This document shows positions 1 through 8,594 of a DNA stretch of 64,000 bases, in pieces; position 1 is the stretch's first letter, and each line of letters opens with the position of its first letter. A program made the position numbers and the translations under genes. The stretch is from Leptospiraceae bacterium (lineage in GTDB: Bacteria > Spirochaetota > Leptospiria > Leptospirales > Leptonemataceae). The notes beneath the pieces are model-generated. The model was not told where the DNA came from. It saw only the letters and a program-made list of their open reading frames with translations, and did no database searches. Where the stretch lies: NCBI GenBank assembly GCA_040217195.1, contig JAVJNR010000004.1, forward strand, positions 800,001-864,000, in the 5' to 3' direction.

Positions 1-291
1 TGACAGCTCACTGTAATCCACGGCCTTAACCGTCTGGATTCCTCCAGCAGCTGCGGCCGCTTTGATGCTTGCATCTCCAAAGCTGATCATTCCCATATAG
101 GATTGAACGCAAGAAGCACCGGATCGACTACCTATGTTGGTAGCCTCCGAAACATCCTTATTCATCCTGGTATTATGGTAAATGTATCCGTAGGGAGGTT
201 GATAGGTACCACAAGCTCCTAGAAGAAATGCGCCAGCAAGCACCAGGGCCAGCGTAGAAATCCGAATCAGTTTTTGCTCAGTTCTTTTCAT
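1..291 (-). CDS. TRL-like family lipoprotein (3' end runs off the window)
   Basis: Not in the ORF track. Translated by hand from ATG at 291: MKRTEQKLIRISTLALVLAGAFLLGAC-GTYQPPYGYIYHNT...GASCVQSYMGMISFGDASIKAAAAAGGIQTVKAVDY. Has a lipobox LGAC and the GxSC...GDASI..A...GI pattern of TRL-like proteins. Confidence 0.8.
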   Translation of the reverse strand, partial: MKRTEQKLIRISTLALVLAGAFLLGACGTYQPPYGYIYHNTRMNKDVSEATNIGSRSGASCVQSYMGMISFGDASIKAAAAAGGIQTVKAVDYSELS

Positions 292-293
292 GA

Positions 294-1049
294 TCACTTC
301 TTGTTGATGCTATTTCTATAGTCTGTGTTCATGCGAGAAATGAAATTGACGCTGATGTCTTTGGGGCACACTGCTTCGCACTCGTATTGATTGGTGCAGT
401 TTCCGAATCCTTCTTCATCCATCTGCGCTACCATGGACTGGGCCCGTTTGTCTCTCTCTGGTTGTCCTTGAGGCAATACTCCCAGATGGCTGATTTTCGC
501 AGAAACAAAGAGCATTGCACTGGCATTCTTGCAGGAAGCGACACAGGCGCCGCATCCAATACATTCAGCTGCATTCATAGCTTCATCGGCCACATCTTTG
601 GATACTGGAATGGTATTACCATCCTGGGCATTTCCAGTCCTTACGGAAATATAACCGCCGCTTTGAATCACTCGGTCAAATGCACTTCGATCCACCATTA
701 GATCTTTAACAACCGGAAAAGCCCGAGCACGCCAGGGTTCCAGGTAAAGTTCATCTCCATCTGCAAAACGGTGCATATGCATCTGACAAACTGTAGTTCT
801 ACCCTCGGGCGCGAACTGGCGACCATGAGCCAGGCCATTGATCATGAATCCGCAGGAACCACAGATCCCTTCTCTACAGTCATGATCGAATGTTACTGGA
901 TCTTCCCCTTTTTCGATAAGTCTTTCATTCAATACGTCCAGCATTTCCAGAAAAGACCAGTGCTGATCCACATCGGTCATTTCATAGCGAACCATGTTCG
1001 GCTTATCGTCCGGTCCGTTTTGACGAGAAATGTGCAATATGATTTTCAT
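294..1049 (-). CDS. sdhB: Succinate dehydrogenase/fumarate reductase iron-sulfur subunit
   Basis: CREGICGSC 2Fe-2S motif; CIGCGAC and [12 protein letters not shown] clusters; overlaps sdhA stop by 4 nt. Confidence 0.96.
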   Translation of the reverse strand: MKIILHISRQNGPDDKPNMVRYEMTDVDQHWSFLEMLDVLNERLIEKGEDPVTFDHDCREGICGSCGFMINGLAHGRQFAPEGRTTVCQMHMHRFADGDELYLEPWRARAFPVVKDLMVDRSAFDRVIQSGGYISVRTGNAQDGNTIPVSKDVADEAMNAAECIGCGACVASCKNASAMLFVSAKISHLGVLPQGQPERDKRAQSMVAQMDEEGFGNCTNQYECEAVCPKDISVNFISRMNTDYRNSINKK

Positions 1050-2962
1050 TTGTAGCTCCTCTGGGTAAGCTTAACGTTTTCAAAATCCAGTTCTTCTTTA
1101 TGTAGCGTGGGCTCATTACTGCCTTTGAATTCCCAGGCACCCACGAATGCGAATTTGTCATCATGACGTAGCGCCTCTCCTTCCGGAGTTTGATGCTCTT
1201 CCCTGAAGTGACCTCCGCAGGATTCCTCTCGCATCAAAGCATCTCGGCACATCAGTTCGCCAAAATCAAGAAAGTCCGCCACTCGACCGGCCTTTTCCAG
1301 AGTCTGGTTCAATTGCTCACCCGAGCCGGTTACTTTCAGATTCTTCCAGAATTCATCCCGAATCTCAGGTATCTTCTTAAGAGCTTCCTTGAGGCCTTCT
1401 TCGCTTCTGGACATACCGCATTTATCCAGCATGATTTCGCCGAGCTCTCTGTGAAATGAGTCCGGGCTACGATTCCCATTAATAGAAAGGAACTGTTTCG
1501 TTTGAGACTCCACTTTCTCTCTGGCCTCTTTGAATGCATCGGTATCGCTCTTTACAGGATCCCAGCCCAGGTCAGCCAGATAACCGCCAATGGTATAAGG
1601 CAGAACAAAGTAACCATCTGCCAGTCCCTGCATAAGAGCACTGGCCCCCAGGCGGTTGGCTCCATGATCGGAGAAGTTCGCCTCACCTATGGCAAACAGT
1701 CCAGGCACGTTGGTCATTAGATTGTAGTCTACCCACAGACCACCCATGGTATAATGCGGTGCCGGATAGATACGCATGGGAACCTCATATGGATTCTCAT
1801 TTGTAATCTTTTGATACATTTCAAACAGGTTGCCGTATCTTTCCTTAACAGCGGGAGCACCCAGGCGTTTGATTGCATCGCGAAAATCCAGGTAAACAGC
1901 GCGAGGATTCTCACCCTTGCCAACGCCACGACCTTCATCGCATACATTCTTTGCAGCGCGACTGGCAATGTCTCTGGGCACCAGGTTACCGAAACTCGGA
2001 TATTTGATCTCCAGATAATAATCCCTTTCAGACTCCGGAATGTCATTGGGTGCACGAGAATCGCCCTTCTTTTTTGGAACCCAGACACGGCCATCGTTTC
2101 GCAGAGACTCAGACATCAACGTCAGTTTAGATTGATACTCGCCACTGGATGGAATACAGGTAGGATGAATCTGTGTATAACATGGATTGGCAAAATAGGC
2201 ACCTTTGCGATAGGCACGGAACGCTGCAGTCACATTGCAGTTCATTGCATTTGTGGATAGAAAGTAGACGTTGGAATATCCACCGGTGGCAAGAACCACT
2301 GCATGACCGCTATGAACTGAGATTTTACCAGTCTTCAGGTCTCGAACTACAACCCCTTTTGCATGGCCATCTTCCAGAACTATATCCAGCATCTCAGTTC
2401 GAGGATACATCTCCACGTTTCCAAGACCGATCTGCCGAGAAAGGGCGCTGTAGGCGCCCAGCAGTAGCTGCTGGCCTGTTTGCCCACGAGCATAGAAGGT
2501 TCGACTTACCTGAGCTCCGCCAAAAGAACGGTTGGTTAAATAACCACCATATTCGCGTGCGAAAGGAACACCCTGAGCAACGCATTGATCAATAATACTC
2601 AAACTAACCTGGGCCAGGCGATACACATTCGCTTCCCTTGAACGAAAATCTCCGCCTTTTACTGTATCGTAGAACAATCGATAGATACTATCGCCATCGT
2701 TCTGATAGTTCTTGGCTGCATTGATACCGCCCTGAGCTGCAATACTGTGAGCTCGTCGAGGGCTGTCCTGAAAGCAGAAGCTTTTTACATTGTAGCCAAG
2801 CTCGGCAAGACTTGCAGCAGCGCTGGCACCGGCCAGACCGGTTCCAACTACGATTACATCAAACTTTCTTTTATTCGCCGGGTTCACCAGCTTAAGATCA
2901 AATTTATGCTTTTCCCATTTCTGGTCCACGGACCCGGAAGGAATATTTGAATTGAGCGACAT
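1046..2962 (-). CDS. sdhA: Succinate dehydrogenase/fumarate reductase flavoprotein subunit
   Basis: GTGLAG FAD motif; AHSIAAQGG covalent-FAD His; QIHPT, HYTMGG, HGANRLG motifs. Confidence 0.97.
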   Translation of the reverse strand: MSLNSNIPSGSVDQKWEKHKFDLKLVNPANKRKFDVIVVGTGLAGASAAASLAELGYNVKSFCFQDSPRRAHSIAAQGGINAAKNYQNDGDSIYRLFYDTVKGGDFRSREANVYRLAQVSLSIIDQCVAQGVPFAREYGGYLTNRSFGGAQVSRTFYARGQTGQQLLLGAYSALSRQIGLGNVEMYPRTEMLDIVLEDGHAKGVVVRDLKTGKISVHSGHAVVLATGGYSNVYFLSTNAMNCNVTAAFRAYRKGAYFANPCYTQIHPTCIPSSGEYQSKLTLMSESLRNDGRVWVPKKKGDSRAPNDIPESERDYYLEIKYPSFGNLVPRDIASRAAKNVCDEGRGVGKGENPRAVYLDFRDAIKRLGAPAVKERYGNLFEMYQKITNENPYEVPMRIYPAPHYTMGGLWVDYNLMTNVPGLFAIGEANFSDHGANRLGASALMQGLADGYFVLPYTIGGYLADLGWDPVKSDTDAFKEAREKVESQTKQFLSINGNRSPDSFHRELGEIMLDKCGMSRSEEGLKEALKKIPEIRDEFWKNLKVTGSGEQLNQTLEKAGRVADFLDFGELMCRDALMREESCGGHFREEHQTPEGEALRHDDKFAFVGAWEFKGSNEPTLHKEELDFENVKLTQRSYK

Positions 2963-2992
2963 GATTTCTCCCTCTGTAATTAGATAAGTAAA

Positions 2993-3667
2993 TTACCTGA
3001 CCAATCCAGATAATATTGCCACAGGAATGGATGAATACCCTGCGAAGATAAAGATAGCAAATCCCACTGAGATTTTCTGGACCGTGGGCCGGCTTTGCTC
3101 TCCGGAAAGGCCAAAAGTCTGAAGCATACTCTGCACTGCATGAGTCAGGTGCATGGCCAGAAAGAACATAGCTACAATATAACTGGCCACGATCAATGGA
3201 TTACGAAAGGAATGCAGCACCATTCCGTAAGCATCATGCCTGCCCTTGTCATCTGTAAGGGCAAAGCCATTGGGTTCGATCTGGCCAAAGGTAAAATGTA
3301 GCAAATGGTAAATTAGAAATGCTAGAATTAGTAAACCGGTTTGAGCCATAAACCGGGAAGCGAGAGACGCTTGCTGAGTATTCTTGCTCTTGTAGGCCAC
3401 AGGACGGGCTGCATTGTTATCCATTTTCAGCTTCAAAGCAATGATTATATGGAGCACAAATACAACTAGAAGGCCAATGCGGGCCGTCCATAGTGGACCT
3501 GGAATGCTCTTTAGAAATGCTGCATAAGCATTCATTTCCTCGCGACCGAAAAACATGTTCCAGTTGCCAAGCATATGTCCGATCACGAATCCGATCAAGA
3601 GCAGGCCGGTAGTAGCAACCAGGATCTTGCGTCCAATTGATGAACCGAAAAGACGTTTGAGGATCAT
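2993..3667 (-). CDS. sdhC: Succinate dehydrogenase cytochrome b subunit (single 5-TM anchor)
   Basis: SSIGRK N-terminus; five hydrophobic segments with His ligands; first gene of sdhCAB. Confidence 0.93.
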   Translation of the reverse strand: MILKRLFGSSIGRKILVATTGLLLIGFVIGHMLGNWNMFFGREEMNAYAAFLKSIPGPLWTARIGLLVVFVLHIIIALKLKMDNNAARPVAYKSKNTQQASLASRFMAQTGLLILAFLIYHLLHFTFGQIEPNGFALTDDKGRHDAYGMVLHSFRNPLIVASYIVAMFFLAMHLTHAVQSMLQTFGLSGEQSRPTVQKISVGFAIFIFAGYSSIPVAILSGLVR

Positions 3668-3937
3668 TTATTAATATCTCCTGTCATGTCCGGGAGCTTG
3701 CATTCTCCGAACATGCAATATCTGGGTGGCCCATTGCACACCGTTTGACCCGAAATGGCCCATGGGACACTTTCCGGGGCCCTTCTTTATCTATCCCAGT
3801 GACTCCGTCAGTGATCTTTTTTGACGGCGGTACAGAGAATCTAATAAGAAGGGAACTTTCACAGGCTTTCTCTGTACGTTACCCCGTAAAGAAAAAATCG
3901 GTTTGGGCTCATTGCTCCGGCAGGATGCCGTTCGAAT

Positions 3938-4747
3938 TTAAAGATAGGATCTCATTTGCTCAACCAGGGACATGGCCTCGGCTCGAGCTTTTTGCACCAG
4001 GTCTGACTTGTTGTGCGATGCATAGAGAATGGATCGACTTGAGTTGATCAATACATCTTTACCGGCCATTTTCATTACCTGGTGTAGATCGCCGCCCTGA
4101 CTTCCAACGCCTGGCACCAGAAAAATCATTCCAGGAGCCAGAGTTCTTACCTTTTCCAGTTCCCCGGGATCTCTGGTTGCTCCCACAACGAGACCCAGGT
4201 TACCGCTTTGCTCGTGCCATTCGTGACATAAGCGGGCCACTCGCTGGAATAATGGGGGGTCTCCGTGGTATTGGAAGTCTCGTGCACCGGAGTTAGATGT
4301 AAGACAGAGAATAAAGGAAGCCCGGTCGGCACGATCGATAAAGGGCTGTAGACTTTCCTTACCCATATAAGGATTCAAAGTTATAGCATCCGCGTCCAGC
4401 TCGTCGAAGGCTGCCGTGGCATAGTGCGATGCAGTATTTCCCAGATCGCCCCTCTTTGCATCCAGCACAACCATCGCATTGGAGGTGCGACTTCTTATAT
4501 ACTGGATCACTTCAGCGAGTAATTCCCAGCCACCGGAGCCCATGGATTCGAAAAAAGCGGCATTGGGTTTGTAAGATAGAGCAAGGTCGGCCGTTGCATC
4601 TATCACATCTTTAAGATGTGCACCCAGACCAGCCCGGTCTTTTGAATAGCCCTGGGGCAATCGATGGGGATCCGGGTCCAGACCAACGCATAATACAGAT
4701 CGGATTGCCTCTCTTCTTTCGCGATATCTCGTGTAAAAGGTTGACAT
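3938..4747 (-). CDS. pyrF: Orotidine-5'-phosphate decarboxylase
   Basis: LCVGLDP, KPNAAFF, LDAKRGDLGNT active-site motif, PGVGSQGG, NSSR. Confidence 0.96.
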   Translation of the reverse strand: MSTFYTRYRERREAIRSVLCVGLDPDPHRLPQGYSKDRAGLGAHLKDVIDATADLALSYKPNAAFFESMGSGGWELLAEVIQYIRSRTSNAMVVLDAKRGDLGNTASHYATAAFDELDADAITLNPYMGKESLQPFIDRADRASFILCLTSNSGARDFQYHGDPPLFQRVARLCHEWHEQSGNLGLVVGATRDPGELEKVRTLAPGMIFLVPGVGSQGGDLHQVMKMAGKDVLINSSRSILYASHNKSDLVQKARAEAMSLVEQMRSYL

Positions 4748-4796
4748 TTTGCAGTATTCCTATGATCCTTACGCCAGCTTATTCTGGAGGTCTGGC

Positions 4797-6698
4797 GTGG
4801 CTATAAAGATAAACGCTACTAACCTGGCGGAAATGTACAAGTGGGCAGCCGAGAACTACGGCGACAAACCCGCATTTGCGACCAGGAACAAAGACAAGGT
4901 TTTTGAAGCCGTTTCGTTCAAAGAACTGTACGAAATGGGGCTCAACCTGGCAACCGGGCTAATTGACCTGGGTGTTCAGGCGAGAGAACATGTGGGGCTG
5001 CTTGCCGACAACCGATTGGAATGGATCGTAACCGATTATGCCATTCTTATTGCGGGTGCGGCAGACGTACCCAGGGGGACGGACGTAACTGATGCGGACG
5101 TAACATACATTCTACCGCATTCGGATGCAAAAGTAGTCTTTGTTGAGAACAAAGCTGTTCTCGATAGAATTCAAAAGAACAAAGACAAACTACCAAACAT
5201 TCAGAACATCATTATGATGGATAAAGACACTCCGGTATCGGACGGTGTCCTGCGACTGTATGACCTCCTGGAGAAAGGAAAGCAACTCCGCTCTGGCGGG
5301 GATCGACGAGCTGAAGAGCGCATGGCGCAAATCAAGCCCGATGATCTTTTTACGATGATCTATACTTCCGGAACCACTGGAGCGCCCAAGGGCGTTATGC
5401 TTCGGCATTCCAGTATGGTATCCCAGGTAGAGAAAATCCCTATCGACATCACATCTTCGGACCGAATCCTTTCCATTCTACCCGTCTGGCACGTATTCGA
5501 ACGAGTATTTGAGATGATTGCAATTGGCGGAGGTTGCTGTACTTACTATACGAACGTACGTAACCTGCGCGAAGACATGGGAATAGTAAAACCCACCTTT
5601 ATGGCAAGTGCGCCTAGATTGTGGGAGAGTATCTATACCGGTATTCAGCAAAAAGTGGAAGGTGGACCTGGAGTGGCTCGTGGCCTCTTCAAGGCAGCTT
5701 ACTTCTGCTCGCGACAGATTAAGGGTGCGATTCGCTTCCTTACTTTCAAGCAGCTGGATACTACTGGAAGAAATCCAATTGTATCAATGTTTATTGGTCT
5801 ATGGAACATCTTCCGACTATTCCTTTTCTTGATCCCGAATTTCCTTCTGGATCTAGTTGTGCTGCGAAAGATTCGAGCAGCAACAGGCGGCAAGCTCCGT
5901 GGTTCTGTTTCCGGTGGTGGAGCTCTTCCCATTCATGTGGATGAGTTTTTCAATAACATCGGAATCCCTGTTCTGGAAGGTTACGGTATGACCGAAACCT
6001 GTCCTGTACTGGCAGTTCGAACCTGGGGTAAGCTGGTTATTGGCTCTGTTGGGCCCATCTATCCCGATACAGAACTTCGCATCGTCGATATTTCCAATGG
6101 TAATATCATCTACTCAACCGAGAGTGGCGGAGCGAACAAGAAAGGTATCAAAGGTGAAATCCACGCAAAAGGTCCGCAGGTTATGCGCGGCTATTATAAG
6201 AATCCAGAAGCAACTGACAAGGTGCTGAAGGATGGCTGGATGAATACCGGAGACCTGGGGATGATTACATTCAACGGCACCGTGAAAATCGTAGGTCGCT
6301 CAAAAGAGACCGTCGTTCTTCTGGGTGGCGAAAATGTGGAGCCGGTCCCAATAGAGAACAAACTTTCCGAATCTCCGCTAATCGATCAGGTAATGGTAGT
6401 GGGTCAGGACAAGAAGTACCTGGCAGCTCTGGTAGTTCCTTCTGTGGAACAATTCCAGGATTATGGCGCTACCCTGGAAGAGATTGCAAAGAACGAAGAA
6501 GTAGCCAAACTACTACGAAATGAAGTGAAGCGACTGGTTTCCAGCGAAGCCGGTTTTAAATCCTTTGAGAAAGTAGTGGATGTAAGACTTCTTCCGAAGG
6601 CATTCGAAGTGGGCGATGAATTGACCAACCTGTTCAAAATCAAGCGTCACGTTGTGACCGATAAGTATCAGGATATGATCAACACAATGTACGATTGA
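4797..6698 (+). CDS. Long-chain fatty-acid--CoA ligase (paralog 1)
   Basis: YTSGTTGAPKG AMP-binding loop, EGYGMTE, TGDLG, GRSKE. Start moved to GTG 4797, which follows GGAGG at 4786-4790. Confidence 0.93.
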   Translation: MAIKINATNLAEMYKWAAENYGDKPAFATRNKDKVFEAVSFKELYEMGLNLATGLIDLGVQAREHVGLLADNRLEWIVTDYAILIAGAADVPRGTDVTDADVTYILPHSDAKVVFVENKAVLDRIQKNKDKLPNIQNIIMMDKDTPVSDGVLRLYDLLEKGKQLRSGGDRRAEERMAQIKPDDLFTMIYTSGTTGAPKGVMLRHSSMVSQVEKIPIDITSSDRILSILPVWHVFERVFEMIAIGGGCCTYYTNVRNLREDMGIVKPTFMASAPRLWESIYTGIQQKVEGGPGVARGLFKAAYFCSRQIKGAIRFLTFKQLDTTGRNPIVSMFIGLWNIFRLFLFLIPNFLLDLVVLRKIRAATGGKLRGSVSGGGALPIHVDEFFNNIGIPVLEGYGMTETCPVLAVRTWGKLVIGSVGPIYPDTELRIVDISNGNIIYSTESGGANKKGIKGEIHAKGPQVMRGYYKNPEATDKVLKDGWMNTGDLGMITFNGTVKIVGRSKETVVLLGGENVEPVPIENKLSESPLIDQVMVVGQDKKYLAALVVPSVEQFQDYGATLEEIAKNEEVAKLLRNEVKRLVSSEAGFKSFEKVVDVRLLPKAFEVGDELTNLFKIKRHVVTDKYQDMINTMYD

Positions 6699-6727
6699 TT
6701 GTGAAGACTTCAGAAGCCTTACACTGG

Positions 6728-6758
6728 AAACCCGCCCTTATTAAGGGGCGGGTTTTTT
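6728..6758 (+). terminator. Rho-independent terminator
   Basis: AAACCCGCCCTT-ATTA-AGGGGCGGGTTTTTT, 30 nt after the ligase stop. Confidence 0.88.
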
Positions 6759-6773
6759 GCCTGGAATAGAATC

Positions 6774-7505
6774 GTGCACGGTAACGAGTATCTGTGGGAG
6801 CTAATACTGACTGCCCATCCATTTCGATGGATTGTTGGTAAGAAAGTAGCCGCCGGTTCCACAGGTTGTATTATCCCTACAGGAAAGCGACTGATAGCAC
6901 TAACGGTGCAATATGGAAAACCACCAGGCGCCCCGGTAATCTATGGTTATCATCATTCCCTTCGAGGAAGCATAATCTATCCTCTTCTCGACCCCTTTTA
7001 TGTAGAGATCCCCGGTGTACTGGGACCTGATAGCAAGAAGATCTATCTGGTCTGTGGCGAAGTCATGAATCCTACACCGCCGGACCGGGCGGAATTTGAT
7101 CTGGATGCCAGGTATCAGGAAGTAGGACCGGATGGCGATATAATTGAAGAACGGATACGTAAATCAGGTGATTTACATCCAGGCAGAGTTCCCAACCTTT
7201 CTGACCGGTACGGATTCAGTTGTTTCCGGGATATTCTGGCCCGTCTCGAAGATTATGATCATATAACATTTGTAGAAAGGAACCTGGAATTCACTGGAAA
7301 GAGCCATGGTCTGTTTCGCTTCCGAGCGGCCCATAAGGATGAACCGTTCAATCTTCCTTCTGGCTGTCAGGGAGCACCTATACTCGATGAAGATGCAAAA
7401 GTAGTGTCTCTCATTACCGGAGGAGACTCCAGAAAGAGAACCTATTACGGCATCGATCTGTGGCGATTTTTGAGCGAATCGCATTTTGCCAGAGAGGGGA
7501 ATTGA
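6774..7505 (+). CDS. Hypothetical protein, trypsin-like fold with catalytic residues apparently lost
   Basis: GSTGCII...IALTVQY and SGCQGAPILDEDAKVVSL echo the GSGF...LTAAH and PGNSGGPL...G.VVGI motifs. Confidence 0.55.
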   Translation: MHGNEYLWELILTAHPFRWIVGKKVAAGSTGCIIPTGKRLIALTVQYGKPPGAPVIYGYHHSLRGSIIYPLLDPFYVEIPGVLGPDSKKIYLVCGEVMNPTPPDRAEFDLDARYQEVGPDGDIIEERIRKSGDLHPGRVPNLSDRYGFSCFRDILARLEDYDHITFVERNLEFTGKSHGLFRFRAAHKDEPFNLPSGCQGAPILDEDAKVVSLITGGDSRKRTYYGIDLWRFLSESHFAREGN

Positions 7506-8572
7506 ATGTCGACCAGTATTCCCAGATGATCTGAACCAGGGATTACAACGCTTTTCATCGCTGAAACCTGCACCGAGTCTGAAATCCAGATTCCATCAAT
7601 GGGTAATCTGAAAACTGCCGGCCAATGCGCCGAGTAAGTGCCACGAAATAGCCAGTTTTCGTTAAATACCTGCCTCAATCCTGTTGCTTTCTGCAACGCC
7701 TGCACATCGCCAGACCAGTCCACGGAGTTAAAATCACCTGTAACAAGGATCCGGTTTCCGCTCATGGACTCAATTGTATTGCGCAGGTTTTCCAGTGCAC
7801 GCCGATGAACCTTTAGAATCCGGGGATTGAAGGGAGCTACCGGATGAACTGTAACTAAAGAAAACAACTCTGAATCCTGGCAATCTGCGAATGGATCCGG
7901 ATGCGATAACGAAACAGTAGCCAGAGTCTCTATTCGAGTGGAAATCTCCGATACTTCACCCAGGGGCAATCTGGAATAGATTCCATAACCAAAAAAAGGA
8001 TGGTTCGTGTTTATGCGATGTGTGTAGCCAATAAGCTGCGAACGAAAGTATTCATGGTGATGCGAATCCAGTTCATGAAAAATGATAACATCCGGCTCAT
8101 ATTTCTGGATCAAGCCCAGCACTTCCCTTAAATGCTTGCGAGAATTGTATAGATACAGATTGGCATGAAGTATGCGAATAATGCCCGATTCGCTGCTTTT
8201 CAACCTTGCATCTAAAATCTCAGATCTTACGGAAATGCCTGCCAGGGGAGGTCCAATGAGAGAAACCAGTGAATGCGATATCAATACAAGAGGCAGTAGT
8301 AGCCAGGTTTTTGAAATAAGGCCCGACCGAGGGTAAACAGAGAAAGAGAACAGAACCAAAAAGCAAAGCAGGGAAAGAAGCAGCAAAGGCCAACCTGCAA
8401 AGGAATTTGCTATTGTGATGGCCCAATCCAGGGTAGAACCCATGAAGTCTGCGCTGGCCATCCCTGGAATGCGAAGGGCAGCAAGCAATAAAAGAGCCAG
8501 TATGATGGCCAGGACCGATCCTTGAAATGAACCTTTCCTGGTTTGCCCCGATCTTTTTTTGAACCCTGTCAT
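7445..8572 (-). CDS. Membrane-anchored endonuclease/exonuclease/phosphatase (EEP) family protein
   Basis: N-terminal TM helices; ILHANL, PDVIIFHE, GDFNS, PIDGI and GSDH motifs. Confidence 0.87.
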   Translation of the reverse strand: MTGFKKRSGQTRKGSFQGSVLAIILALLLLAALRIPGMASADFMGSTLDWAITIANSFAGWPLLLLSLLCFLVLFSFSVYPRSGLISKTWLLLPLVLISHSLVSLIGPPLAGISVRSEILDARLKSSESGIIRILHANLYLYNSRKHLREVLGLIQKYEPDVIIFHELDSHHHEYFRSQLIGYTHRINTNHPFFGYGIYSRLPLGEVSEISTRIETLATVSLSHPDPFADCQDSELFSLVTVHPVAPFNPRILKVHRRALENLRNTIESMSGNRILVTGDFNSVDWSGDVQALQKATGLRQVFNENWLFRGTYSAHWPAVFRLPIDGIWISDSVQVSAMKSVVIPGSDHLGILVDIQFPSLAKCDSLKNRHRSMP

Positions 8573-8594
8573 GGGTGCAATAAATGGCGAATAA

